The notes under the pieces were generated by a model that saw nothing but the letters and a program-made list of their open reading frames with translations, made no database searches and was not told the DNA's origin. DNA of 64,000 bases, taken from the NCBI GenBank assembly GCA_022822905.1, contig JAJDYE010000016.1:344731-408730 (forward strand). Direction: 5' to 3'. The stretch is from Acidimicrobiia bacterium. GTDB lineage: Bacteria > Actinomycetota > Acidimicrobiia > Acidimicrobiales > Bin134. Of the stretch, positions 17,966 through 27,234 are shown one piece after another (position 1 is the stretch's first letter; each line of letters opens with the position of its first letter). Made by a program: the position numbers and the translations under genes.

Positions 17966-19897
17966 TCAGGGCTGGGGGCGGCAAACCGTCTCCACCGTGC
18001 CTTCTGTGTTCCAGCCGTCGGGGTTGCCGGCCTGCACATACAGCACGTCGCCGGCATCAGACCTGGATTTGTCGATGGTGACTGTGAGCCGGTTGATCTC
18101 GAACCACGGGTGGGCCCGATCCCACCGCACTCGGTACCAAGTGGCGTCATCTACCGGATCCCACGTCCAGGTGTATGAGGTGGAGGTGGTGGTGCAGACC
18201 ACGTTCGGCCTGCCTTCCGGGGCAGTGCGACAGGCCTTGCTGCCAGAAGGGCCGCCGTCCCACTCTTCGGCGCTGCCGGCCTGCACATAGAGCACCGCTT
18301 CGGTATTGGCGGGCTGGCCGGTCAACACCAGGGTGGTGCCCTCGTGCTCCTCCCACGACCACCCGTCGAGACTCACGTGATAGACGGTGTCGTCTTCTAC
18401 CTCATTCCAGCGCCAGGAATAAGACGTCGAAGTGGTGGAGCACCAAACTCCCATGGTGGTCTCGCTGTCGGGCGATGACGCCATCGTGGGCTTCGGCCCG
18501 TAGAACAGAACCCCGTACACCATCACGGCCGCGGTGGCACAGGCCAACGCCCCGATCAGCGCCCGGGCCAAGACCTGACGGCGCACCACCGGCGCAACCG
18601 CCACCGCGGCAAACGGAAGCACCGAAAGGCCGTACCGCCCCGGGGTGAGGGAGTCGAGCCCCAGGGCCAGGTGGAATGAGACCATCGTCACCACACCCAT
18701 GGCCACCATCGACGCGAACACCCCCACTACGAGGGCGCGATGAGCCGACTTGGCCGCGGTCACCGCTAGCGCGGCCCCCAAGAGCACCAGCAGGCCGATG
18801 TCGGCAATTCCGCCCAGCGGCAAGAGCGCGCTGCGAGGCATGGCGAAGGGCACCCACTGATCCCGAAACGGCGTGACCACGCTGCGAAGCTGATCGTCCA
18901 GCGACGTCCATTGGAATGAGTCGAATCGCATGTTGGTGAAGATGGGGAGGTCTTTCTCCTCATCCAGTTGGCGGGCGCCCTGCCACAGCCGCCACGCCAG
19001 CACCGACCCCAGGGCCACCAGCGCAGAAGAGAATGCCACCAGCACCCGTTGGCGCGCCCTGGCCCAGTTCCGGCGATCCCGCTCTTGCCAGATCCGAAAG
19101 GCCAGGTACACGGTCACAACTCCGGCCGCATGCGCGTTGGTCAGCTTCAACCACACCGCCACCGCGGTGGCCACCGTCACCCACCACCACGGCCACCGCC
19201 CCGATTCCCACTTCAACAGCGCAACCAGCACCAGCCCGCCACCCACAATGGCGGTGGCATCGGGATTCAAGAACGCCGATGCGTGGACCACCGCGGGCGA
19301 CACCCCCAGCAGTCCCACCACCGCGGCCCGACCCCACACCCCCACGTTCACCAAACCCAGCGCGTACCACACCAATATGAGGCCGGCAGCCAGCCATGCC
19401 GCCCCTACCAGCCGATACGCCACCAGAGGGCTGTCCACGCCAGGGAGGCGCAACACCACCTCCCCCGCCAGCCAGGTCGCCGAGTAGTACGTGGGCGTGT
19501 GCAGATAAGACGTGTTGTAGCCATTGGAATGGCTGCGGGTTGGATCAGGCTGCGGATCGCCGCACGCAGGCCACCTCTCGCTGCCCGGCTGCCACCCCGG
19601 CCACGCCATTCCCCGGCACGAGGCCACCTTGATGGCCTCCAAGCCGAACTGCTCGCCGATGCGAACACCGGCCGACGGCGACTTCAGCACATAGTCGAGA
19701 TGCTGAAGCTCGTCCACCGGCGAAAGCTGGGGATGGTCTCGCACCTGCAAGGCCACGATCCCCACTGCCACCGCCACCACCGCCACCAGCACGGCAATGT
19801 CGATCTTCCACCATGATCTGAGCACCGCCCCATCGATCTTCCACCATGATCTGAGCCTCTCAGTCGAGCGGTGGGGTGACCCTGCTGAGTCGCTCAT
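17966..19897 (-). CDS. polytopic membrane protein (GT-C-like / DUF2142-like, tentative) with two C-terminal FN3-like extracytoplasmic domains
   Basis: Many hydrophobic segments. The first loop carries VDELQHLDYVLKSP. The C-terminus has two repeats of C.TTSTSY.W.W..V.D.T.Y.V...LYVQAG. Start chosen at ATG 19897; the ORF is open to 19978. Confidence 0.55.
   Translation of the reverse strand: MSDSAGSPHRSTERLRSWWKIDGAVLRSWWKIDIAVLVAVVAVAVGIVALQVRDHPQLSPVDELQHLDYVLKSPSAGVRIGEQFGLEAIKVASCRGMAWPGWQPGSERWPACGDPQPDPTRSHSNGYNTSYLHTPTYYSATWLAGEVVLRLPGVDSPLVAYRLVGAAWLAAGLILVWYALGLVNVGVWGRAAVVGLLGVSPAVVHASAFLNPDATAIVGGGLVLVALLKWESGRWPWWWVTVATAVAVWLKLTNAHAAGVVTVYLAFRIWQERDRRNWARARQRVLVAFSSALVALGSVLAWRLWQGARQLDEEKDLPIFTNMRFDSFQWTSLDDQLRSVVTPFRDQWVPFAMPRSALLPLGGIADIGLLVLLGAALAVTAAKSAHRALVVGVFASMVAMGVVTMVSFHLALGLDSLTPGRYGLSVLPFAAVAVAPVVRRQVLARALIGALACATAAVMVYGVLFYGPKPTMASSPDSETTMGVWCSTTSTSYSWRWNEVEDDTVYHVSLDGWSWEEHEGTTLVLTGQPANTEAVLYVQAGSAEEWDGGPSGSKACRTAPEGRPNVVCTTTSTSYTWTWDPVDDATWYRVRWDRAHPWFEINRLTVTIDKSRSDAGDVLYVQAGNPDGWNTEGTVETVCRPQP
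19801..19856. repeat. 33-bp-period tandem duplication in the 5' coding region of the membrane protein gene
   Basis: cgatcttccaccatgatctgagc occurs at 19801-19823 and again at 19834-19856. It encodes RSWWKID..VL twice on the minus strand. Confidence 0.9.
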
Positions 19898-19971
19898 CGC
19901 TAGAAGGCGTAGCACAGCCACCGCACATTGTCTGACCAGAGGCGGTAATTCCCAAGGTCTACGCTTGGCAG

Positions 19972-21360
19972 GTGTCACGTGGGAACTGCGACAGGGTGGC
20001 GCTGGCCGCAGTGCTGGTGGCGGTGGCGGTGCTGGTGGGGCTGCACGTGCGAGACCACCCGGCCCTGTCGCACGTTGACGAGCTCCAGCACACCGACTAC
20101 ACCCTCAAGTCGCCGTTCCACGTCCCCCGCCACGGCGACACCATCGGCCAGGAGACCATGGAGGAGGCCGCCTGTCGGGGCATCGACTATCCGACGCGGC
20201 TGTCCATTGATGCCTTGAACAACTGGCTGCATCTGACCGGCGAACGGGGAATCGAAACCCTCAGCCCCGACAGCATCGCCCGGGTGCAGCTGCCCCCCTG
20301 CCGGTCGCTCCTGCTGAGCCCCGACCAATTTCCCAACTGGGGGCTGAACACCGCCTCGCCCCACCCGCCGGTCTACTACACCGCCACCGCGCTGGGAGGG
20401 GCGGCGATCGAGGCCGCCCCCGGCGTCGACAGCCCGGTCACTGGCGCCCGGTTGGTGGGAATCCTGTGGCTGGGCGCCGCAGCAATCGTGCTGTGGTATG
20501 TGCTGGGCAGCTTGGGGGCGTCGAGTTGGGCCAAGGCGCTGCTGATCATCCTTTTGGTCGTGTCCCCCCGGGTATTGCACGCATCGTCGATCATCAATCC
20601 CGACACCACCGCCCTGTTGGGCGGGGCGCTGGTGCTGGCCGCCGCCCTGCGCTTGGAGGCCGGGCGGGCCCCGGCGTGGCTGCTCCCTGTGGCCTCGATG
20701 GCCGCGGTGTGGCTCAAGTTCACCAACTCGGTAGCGGTGGGGGCGGCCGTGGTGTACCTCGCGGTGCGGGGCTGGCAGCAGCGAAACAACCTCACCCGGC
20801 GCCAAATCCGGGCCTGGTCGGCGGCCGCCGGGGCCGCGGTCATCTTGACGGTGGCCTCGATCGTCTCGTGGTCGGCGGTTCAGGAAGCCCGAGGCCACAT
20901 CCCCGCCGAGCAACTGCCCACCAACGCCATCTACCAGGTGGACAGCTTCCAGTGGGACAACCTCGGCGACGAGCTTTTTTCCACACTCACCCCCCTGCGG
21001 GATCCCTTCGTGCCCGACACCCTGCCCCGAAACCTGCTGGAGCCCCTCGGCGATCTCATGAACCTGCTGGTTCTGGTGGGCCTGGGGGCGGTGGCGCTGT
21101 TCGCGGCAAAGGGATCGAACCACCGGGCGCTGGCCGCCGCCGCGGTCACCGGGATGGTGGCCACCGGAGTGGTGACCATGGTCACTAGCTACCTGACGCT
21201 GGGAATCTACTTCGACACCAATCCCCGGTACGGACTGTCGCTATTGCCCTTTGCGGCGGCCGCTCTAGTACCGGTGCTCGACAACCGCTTGATCCGCTGG
21301 GGCCTCACCGCAGTGGTGTTGGCGGCCGCGGGGGCAACCTTGGCCGGTGTCGCTACCTAG
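19972..21360 (+). CDS. polytopic membrane protein, paralog of 17966-19897 lacking the FN3-like tail
   Basis: It shares N-terminal blocks with its divergent neighbour (VAVAVLVGLHVRDHPALSHVDELQHTDYTLKSP vs VAVAVGIVALQVRDHPQLSPVDELQHLDYVLKSP). GTG start. Confidence 0.55.
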   Translation: MSRGNCDRVALAAVLVAVAVLVGLHVRDHPALSHVDELQHTDYTLKSPFHVPRHGDTIGQETMEEAACRGIDYPTRLSIDALNNWLHLTGERGIETLSPDSIARVQLPPCRSLLLSPDQFPNWGLNTASPHPPVYYTATALGGAAIEAAPGVDSPVTGARLVGILWLGAAAIVLWYVLGSLGASSWAKALLIILLVVSPRVLHASSIINPDTTALLGGALVLAAALRLEAGRAPAWLLPVASMAAVWLKFTNSVAVGAAVVYLAVRGWQQRNNLTRRQIRAWSAAAGAAVILTVASIVSWSAVQEARGHIPAEQLPTNAIYQVDSFQWDNLGDELFSTLTPLRDPFVPDTLPRNLLEPLGDLMNLLVLVGLGAVALFAAKGSNHRALAAAAVTGMVATGVVTMVTSYLTLGIYFDTNPRYGLSLLPFAAAALVPVLDNRLIRWGLTAVVLAAAGATLAGVAT

Positions 21361-21363
21361 GCT

Positions 21364-22104
21364 GTGGCTGTGGACAACTCGGGCCTGATCGCCGTAATCC
21401 CGGCCTACAACGAGGAGAACACCGTGGGAGCGGTGATCGCCGAGGTGCAGCGGACCTGCTCCGGGCCAGCAGAAGTGAGGCCAGCTGAAGTGAGGCCAGT
21501 AGAGGTGGTGGTGGTGGACGACGGATCCGCCGACTCCACCGCGGAAACGGCAGCCGCCGCAGGCGCCACGGTGCTGCGATTGCCGGTCAACCTGGGGTAC
21601 GGGGCCGCTCTTCGACTGGGCTTCCGCTACGCCGCCGGACGCCAGTGGGACTGCGCCCTAGTGCTGGACGCCGACGGCCAGCACATCGCCACCGATATCC
21701 CCTCCCTGGTGGCCGCCTGCCATTCGGGGGCCGATCTGGTGCTGGGCAGCCGATTCCACCCCGATTGCGCGGTTGCCTACCCGGTGTCCCGCATCCGGCG
21801 AGCAGCCATACGCGTGGTCAGCCGAGTGCTCCGCCATCGCCGCGGGGTGGCGCTCACCGACCCCACATCTGGGTTCTGGGCGATGTCGAGGCCCTGCGTG
21901 GAGCTGTTCTCCCGGCAGCTTCCGGCCGGGTACCTAGACAACCTGCTCGGGCTGTCGATAGCCGCCCGGGCCGGGCTGGCCATTGCTGAAGTGCCGGTGA
22001 CGATGGCCCCTCGCCAGGGAGGCCAGCCCTCCACCCAGGGGGCCCGGCTGGTTTTCCACTATCTGCGAACCTTGCTCGCCATCTCGATCGGAGGTCGATC
22101 ATGA
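21364..22104 (+). CDS. GT2 polyprenol-phosphate glycosyltransferase-like enzyme (GtrB/DPM1-like)
   Basis: IAVIPAYNEENTVGAVIAEV ... VVVDDGSADSTAETA ... VLDADGQH, ~245 aa, GTG start. Confidence 0.75.
   Translation: MAVDNSGLIAVIPAYNEENTVGAVIAEVQRTCSGPAEVRPAEVRPVEVVVVDDGSADSTAETAAAAGATVLRLPVNLGYGAALRLGFRYAAGRQWDCALVLDADGQHIATDIPSLVAACHSGADLVLGSRFHPDCAVAYPVSRIRRAAIRVVSRVLRHRRGVALTDPTSGFWAMSRPCVELFSRQLPAGYLDNLLGLSIAARAGLAIAEVPVTMAPRQGGQPSTQGARLVFHYLRTLLAISIGGRS
21472..21501 (+). repeat. 15-bp tandem duplication inside the GT2 gene (AEVRP AEVRP)
   Basis: gaagtgaggccag occurs at 21472-21484 and again at 21487-21499. Confidence 0.8.
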
Positions 22105-22466
22105 GCCTCACCGCCCGAATCGTTTCCGCGCTGCTGGCCGCCTTTGTGGTGGCCATCATCCTCAAACTCCAGCGGCGAGGGGGCTTGGTCTCCAAGTACG
22201 GGCTGCTGTGGATGGCCACCTCCGCGGTGATGCTGGTGATGGCGGCAGCCCCCGACGTGGTCGATACGGTGGGCGGCTGGCTCGGAGTGGAGTACACCCC
22301 ATCACTGGTGTTCATGGCCGCCCTGGGATTCGTGCTGGTTGTGCTGGTGCAGTACTCGTGGGAGCTCAGCCGCTCCGAGCAGCGCATCCAGATCCTCATG
22401 GAAGAGGTGGCGCTTTTGCGCCGAGAACTCGACGAACAGAGAAAAGACGCTGAGGCTGAGGGTTAG
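22101..22466 (+). CDS. small membrane protein (DUF2304-like, tentative) translationally coupled to the GT2 gene
   Basis: The ATGA overlap with the GT2 stop indicates coupling. It has three to four hydrophobic helices followed by a charged helix (LLRRELDEQRKDAEAEG). Confidence 0.5.
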   Translation: MSLTARIVSALLAAFVVAIILKLQRRGGLVSKYGLLWMATSAVMLVMAAAPDVVDTVGGWLGVEYTPSLVFMAALGFVLVVLVQYSWELSRSEQRIQILMEEVALLRRELDEQRKDAEAEG

Positions 22467-22502
22467 CCGGCAATTCCGGCGGCGAGCTGGCGATTCTGAC
22501 CG

Positions 22503-23666
22503 CTAGCCGATCGGGGCCGGGGCGCAGAGGCCGTCGAGTTCCACCACTTGGATCTTGTCCCGGTTCTCCCAGGTGATGGGCTGGTCCGGGTCGGGCCGCA
22601 GCCTGTACTCCCGGAATGACATCTCGCTGGCGTCAAACGCCAGCAGCCGGCCCACCAGAGTGTCGCCGTGGCCCAGGATCAGCTTGATGGCCTCCAGCGC
22701 CTGGATCGACCCCACGATTCCGGGCAGCACGCCCAGCACCCCGGCCTCGGCGCAGCTCGGGGCCATCTCGGCGGGAGGCGGCTCGGGGATCATGTCCCGG
22801 TAGGTGGGGCCGTTGCGGGGGTCGAACACCGTGACCTGGCCCTCGAACCGGAAGATCGACCCGTGGACCACGGGGATGCCCAGCTTTACCGAGGCGTCGT
22901 TGAGCATGTAGCGCACCGGGAAGTTGTCGGCGCCGTCCACGATTACGTCGTAGTCCTTGATGACGTCCACGATGTTGTCGGCGCCCAGCCGCACGTCGTA
23001 GGTCACCACGTTCACATCAGGGTTCAAGGCGTTGAGGGTCTTCTTGGCCGAGTCCACCTTGCGATCCCCCACCCGGTCGAGGTTGTGGAGAATCTGGCGC
23101 TGGAGGTTGGAGGCGTCCACCACGTCCATGTCCACGATGCCCACGGTGCCCACTCCCGCCGCGGCCAAGTACAGGGCCGCAGGCGAGCCCAGCCCGCCGG
23201 CGCCCAGGCACAGCACCTTGGCTTCCAGCAGCTTGAGCTGTCCCTCCACTCCTACTTCGGGCAGCAGCAGGTGGCGGTGGTAGCGGTTGGTCTGATCCGG
23301 GGTGAGCGACACCGGCACCCCCCAATTGCGGCCCTGGTCCTTCCAGCGGTTGAAGCCGCCGTCCATGGACACCACGTCGCGGTAGCCCATCTCATGGAGA
23401 GTCTGGGCCGCGAACGCCGAGCGCACTCCGCCCGCGCACATCACCACCAACGCCGCGTCCTTGTCGGGCAGGCGGTTCTCCACGTTGGGCTCCAGATTGC
23501 CCCGGGGGATGTGGACCGAGCCCGGTATCGCTCCCTGCTCGAACTCATCGGGCTCCCTCACATCGAGGAGCACCGCGCCCTGCGCCAGCATCGCCTCAGC
23601 ACCAGCCGGGTCGGTCTCCCTGATTACAGCCTTGGCCTCTCGGAGCAGATCTCTGAACGTGGACAT
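22503..23666 (-). CDS. rhodanese-ThiF/MoeB fusion (adenylyltransferase/sulfurtransferase, MoeZ-like but with the rhodanese domain N-terminal)
   Basis: Rhodanese block at the N-terminus (LLDVREPDEFEQGAIPGSVHIPRG...VVMCAGGVRS). ThiF block follows (RYHRHLLLPEVGVEGQLKLLEAKVLCLGAGGLGSPAALYLAAAGVGTVGIVDMDVVDASNLQRQ). Confidence 0.8.
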   Translation of the reverse strand: MSTFRDLLREAKAVIRETDPAGAEAMLAQGAVLLDVREPDEFEQGAIPGSVHIPRGNLEPNVENRLPDKDAALVVMCAGGVRSAFAAQTLHEMGYRDVVSMDGGFNRWKDQGRNWGVPVSLTPDQTNRYHRHLLLPEVGVEGQLKLLEAKVLCLGAGGLGSPAALYLAAAGVGTVGIVDMDVVDASNLQRQILHNLDRVGDRKVDSAKKTLNALNPDVNVVTYDVRLGADNIVDVIKDYDVIVDGADNFPVRYMLNDASVKLGIPVVHGSIFRFEGQVTVFDPRNGPTYRDMIPEPPPAEMAPSCAEAGVLGVLPGIVGSIQALEAIKLILGHGDTLVGRLLAFDASEMSFREYRLRPDPDQPITWENRDKIQVVELDGLCAPAPIG

Positions 23667-23714
23667 AGCGATAGAAATCCTACCTAGTTAGTCCGATTTT
23701 ACCAATCCCCCAAT

Positions 23715-24488
23715 TCATGGCGCCACGATCAACGGCAGCGCGTCGCTGATCGAGGCCGGCACCACCGCGGCGGCCAGTCCGTCGAACGGCGTGGGCTCGG
23801 CGTTCACGATCACAATTTGGGCCCCGGCCTGATGGGCGATGGGCACCACGTTGGCAATCGGGTACACGGTGAGGGTGGAGCCCACCGCCAGCAGCACGTC
23901 GCAGGCCATGGCGGCCTGCTCCGACCGGTGCAGGTCGGCCATCACCAGGTTCTGGCCGAACGAGATGGTGGCCGACTTCAATATCCCGCCGCAGATCCGA
24001 CACGGCGGGTCGGCCTCCCCCGCCCTCACCCGCTCCAGGGCAAACTCCATCGGGGCGGTGTCCCCGCAATCGAGGCACCGGAACTTGGAGGTTGTGCCGT
24101 GGATCTCCACCAACCGCTCTTCAGAGGTGCCCGCGGCCCGGTGCAAACCGTCGACGTTCTGGGTGATCAGCGTGTGCAGCTTGCCTTGCAGCTCCAGTTC
24201 CACCAGCGCCCGGTGGCCCGGGTTGGGCTCCTTGCCCTCCCACATCGACCCCTCGGCCAGCCGCTGCCAGTTGCGCTTGCGCAACTCGGGGTCGGACACA
24301 TACGACGACAGCGTGGCCGTCTTCTCGGCCTCGGGGTTCTTGGTCCACAGCCCCTCCGGCCCCCGGAAGTCGGGGATACCGCTGTCGGTGGAGATCCCCG
24401 CCCCGGTGAGCACCACAATTCTCTCGGCCGGGCCCAGCACTGCCCGGGCTGCGTCGATCTCGGCCGTCAGCTCATCAATCGGCCGCAT
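23715..24488 (-). CDS. cobB: NAD-dependent protein deacylase (sirtuin, Sir2 family)
   Basis: GAGISTDSGIPDFRGPEGLW, QNVDGLH and the Zn ribbon cysteines CLDCG...CRICGG. Confidence 0.85.
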   Translation of the reverse strand: MRPIDELTAEIDAARAVLGPAERIVVLTGAGISTDSGIPDFRGPEGLWTKNPEAEKTATLSSYVSDPELRKRNWQRLAEGSMWEGKEPNPGHRALVELELQGKLHTLITQNVDGLHRAAGTSEERLVEIHGTTSKFRCLDCGDTAPMEFALERVRAGEADPPCRICGGILKSATISFGQNLVMADLHRSEQAAMACDVLLAVGSTLTVYPIANVVPIAHQAGAQIVIVNAEPTPFDGLAAAVVPASISDALPLIVAP

Positions 24489-24506
24489 GAATTCCCGATC
24501 TGACTA

Positions 24507-24536
24507 TTGACAATATTACATGAACATAGGCAAAAT
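24507..24536 (+). promoter_or_regulatory. possible sigma70-type promoter (TTGACA, 18-nt spacer, CAAAAT)
   Basis: An AT-rich gap holds ttgaca at 24507-24512 and caaaat at 24531-24536. If real, the downstream CDS starts at ATG 24565, not 24520. Confidence 0.3.
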
Positions 24537-25020
24537 ACACCAAAACTTCCTCCTTGAATCTGGCATGGCGACTGCCGGCAGAAACGATCCTCCCATGACA
24601 TCCCTACTCACGCATTCTTCTCTGTGGATTGAACCGTGGCGCGACCTGGTCACCGAGGAGAACGGGCACGACCCCCGATCCAAATACGTGGAGCAGTTCT
24701 GGCTCGGGGTGATCGGCCCCACCGCGGCGTGGCTCATGCGCTACGTGGCCCAAGAGTTCGACAACTCCCCCGACGGGTTCGAGCTTCCCGTGGCCCCCAT
24801 CGCCTTGCAGTTGGGGATCAGCCCCAAGGCCGGACCCCGAGGCGGCCTCCATCGCACCCTGCACCGCCTGGTGATGTTCCGGCTGGCCTCTGAAAGCCAT
24901 ACCGGCTACGCCATCCGGCGCCGGCTGCCCCCGCTCAACCACGCCCAACTCCGCCGGCTGCCCACTCATCTCCAGCGCTCCCACACCTCCTACTACTCCC
25001 CTCCCAAGACCGCAGCCTGA
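24520..25020 (+). CDS. hypothetical protein
   Basis: ORF with codon usage like its neighbours. I recognise no motif. An alternative start exists at ATG 24565. Confidence 0.4.
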   Translation: MNIGKIHQNFLLESGMATAGRNDPPMTSLLTHSSLWIEPWRDLVTEENGHDPRSKYVEQFWLGVIGPTAAWLMRYVAQEFDNSPDGFELPVAPIALQLGISPKAGPRGGLHRTLHRLVMFRLASESHTGYAIRRRLPPLNHAQLRRLPTHLQRSHTSYYSPPKTAA

Positions 25021-25057
25021 GGCGGTCCCAGCCACGAGGGGGCGCTAGACATAGGGC

Positions 25058-26245
25058 GTGGACAATGAACTGAAGGCTGCCTGGGATCGGCTGTGCGACG
25101 GCCTCAAGCAGTCGGCCGACTACGTGTTCGACCCGGCGCGGGGAGCAGATCCCTCTGAGCAAGCCGAGGGCCTGCGCCACCATCTGAGGATGCTGTTTTG
25201 GGCCTACGACCGGATCGTGGAGAACAACGACCCCGAACACCCCGAGCTGGGCTGGGTGTACCCGTTCAAAGTGGGCCAGGACAATCCCGATGCGATGTAC
25301 ATGACCGCTCCGGTGGACCTGAGCCACACCTACCGCCTCACCGGCCGCATCGATACGCTGCGCTACCTGGGGGTGTCGCTGATGGACCACAGCTTCGGCC
25401 GGGGGCGCATCATCCAGCTCGTCGACGTCGGCAGCCCCGATCTGACCGACATCGGCGATGGCCGCATAAACGTGGTCTTCAGCCCCGACCCCGACCCCGG
25501 CGACCACATCGGCGACTGGTTCCAGGTGGAGCCGCGCGAGAGTCGGCTGTTCGTGCGCCAGTTCTTCTCCGACTGGGCCGCCGAGAGCCAAGCCGAGCTC
25601 TATTTCGAATGCCTCGACCCGTCGGGCCCGCCCGGCCGGCTCGACCCGGTGCGAACCTGCGAGCTGTTCGACGAGTTGACCCGGGAGGTGGACACCGTGC
25701 CCAAGTTCTGGACCGATTTCGCCGGAGGCCAGCGCGACCGGGGCCAGATCAACTCGTTCGACCATGTTCCCGCCCACAAGGTGAGCCAGAGCGCCCAGGG
25801 GGGAAGCGAGAAGCAGTCCTACGGGCAGTGCTGGTACGAGGTGGGCCCCGACCAGGCCCTGTTGTTTGAAGTAACCCCGCCCGACTGCCTGTACTGGAAC
25901 ATCCAAGTGGGCGACACCTGGTACCAGAGCCTCGACTACATCAACCTCCCCTCCACCATGAACGACTCCCAGGCCCGCCTCGACCCCGACGGCGTGCTGC
26001 GGGTGGTGATCTCCCACCAAGATCCCGGCATCCAGAACTGGATCGCCCTCGGCGGCTGCCCCCAAGGCGCAATCACCTACCGGTGGAACAACGCCGACAC
26101 CGCGCCGGTGCCCACGCTGCGGCTCATGGCGGTGGCCGAGGTCCACAATCACCTCCATCCCGACACCCCCCGGCTCAGCGCCGAAGACCGTGCCGCCCTG
26201 GATGCTGAGCGCCGCCGCCACGCCCTGCGCCGCTTCACCAGATAG
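25058..26245 (+). CDS. hypothetical protein (395 aa)
   Basis: Long ORF with a GTG start in a non-overlapping position. I can name no family with confidence. Confidence 0.5.
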   Translation: MDNELKAAWDRLCDGLKQSADYVFDPARGADPSEQAEGLRHHLRMLFWAYDRIVENNDPEHPELGWVYPFKVGQDNPDAMYMTAPVDLSHTYRLTGRIDTLRYLGVSLMDHSFGRGRIIQLVDVGSPDLTDIGDGRINVVFSPDPDPGDHIGDWFQVEPRESRLFVRQFFSDWAAESQAELYFECLDPSGPPGRLDPVRTCELFDELTREVDTVPKFWTDFAGGQRDRGQINSFDHVPAHKVSQSAQGGSEKQSYGQCWYEVGPDQALLFEVTPPDCLYWNIQVGDTWYQSLDYINLPSTMNDSQARLDPDGVLRVVISHQDPGIQNWIALGGCPQGAITYRWNNADTAPVPTLRLMAVAEVHNHLHPDTPRLSAEDRAALDAERRRHALRRFTR

Positions 26246-26284
26246 CCCATGGAAACGACTCAGACCGCGGAGATCAGATAACCC

Positions 26285-26782
26285 ATGGAGTACGCGGCCG
26301 CGGTCTACCTGATGGCCGCGGTCCTGCTGGGCGCGGCAGGAGCTTCAAAAGCCGTAACCCCCGAGCCGGCGTCGGCTGCGCTCTCCCGCCTCGGGCTCTA
26401 CCACCGCCAGTGGGCGGTGCGGCTGTTGGGCCTGGTAGAGCTCATAGTGGCGGCTAGTGCCTTCATCGTGGAGGGCGTCGTACCCGCCACAGCCCTCGCC
26501 GCGCTGTACGCCGGGTTCGCGGTGGTGGCCGCAGCCATGGTCCGCTCAGGATCAGCAGAACCCTGCGGTTGCTTCGGCCGCATCGAAATGGCTGCGACCA
26601 GGCGACATGTGGTGGTCAACGTTTTGGCCGCGGTGGCTGGGCTGGTGGCGGCTTCCTGGCCCGTCGAAGCCGTCGACAAGCTGTTCGAGACCCAGCAATG
26701 GCTCCTCGCCCCCTTCTTCGTGGTCGTAGTGGGGGGTGCCTATGGGGTGTTTACCTGGCTCATTCGCCCTACTTCCAGGTGA
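26285..26782 (+). CDS. MauE/DoxX-like membrane protein
   Basis: Four hydrophobic helices and the PCGCFG motif typical of MauE-family proteins. Confidence 0.6.
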   Translation: MEYAAAVYLMAAVLLGAAGASKAVTPEPASAALSRLGLYHRQWAVRLLGLVELIVAASAFIVEGVVPATALAALYAGFAVVAAAMVRSGSAEPCGCFGRIEMAATRRHVVVNVLAAVAGLVAASWPVEAVDKLFETQQWLLAPFFVVVVGGAYGVFTWLIRPTSR

Positions 26783-26802
26783 CCTATTGGAAGCGGTATC
26801 TG

Positions 26803-27234
26803 TCAGCTTGCTGGGTCGAACCAGTTGAGCCCTTCGAATCGGGAGAAGCCGGCATCAGCGGTCGCGATCCTCGCCCCGGAGGTGACTGCTATCGCAGCCA
26901 GCCATGCGTCGGGCACCAAGTTGCCCCGCAGGAGCCGATCAGCCTCCGCGAATGCTGCGAACTGCTCCCATGCTGCTCCGGTACCATGAATAACCCGGGC
27001 CGGACTCGCGGCTCGCAATGCGGCCACAAACGAAAGCGCATCGCTCAATGGAGCTGGTTCGGCATAGATCCGGCGGTTGGTGACAATGCGGAGAAAGCCG
27101 GTCAACACCACATCGACGAGGCCAAGAGCCTCGGCGCCAGCCGCAACATCGTTGAGCCAATCGGCATATTGACCATGCATCTCTTCTTCGCGCTTGTAGG
27201 CGTAGACGATGATGTTGACGTCGGGAAGGATCAT
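26803..27234 (-). CDS. vapC: type II toxin, PIN-domain VapC family
   Basis: MILPDVNIIVYAY (N-terminal acidic residue), C-terminal DAWLAAIAV...ATADAGF. A 4-nt overlap links it to the upstream antitoxin gene. Confidence 0.8.
   Translation of the reverse strand: MILPDVNIIVYAYKREEEMHGQYADWLNDVAAGAEALGLVDVVLTGFLRIVTNRRIYAEPAPLSDALSFVAALRAASPARVIHGTGAAWEQFAAFAEADRLLRGNLVPDAWLAAIAVTSGARIATADAGFSRFEGLNWFDPAS

Noticed and set aside
23715-24488. Sir2-domain protein as a possible defence effector (Thoeris/DSR-like)
   Set aside because: It is a compact 257-aa canonical sirtuin. It has the Zn-ribbon cysteines and deacylase motifs, no fused sensor domain and no partner genes, so it is housekeeping CobB-type.
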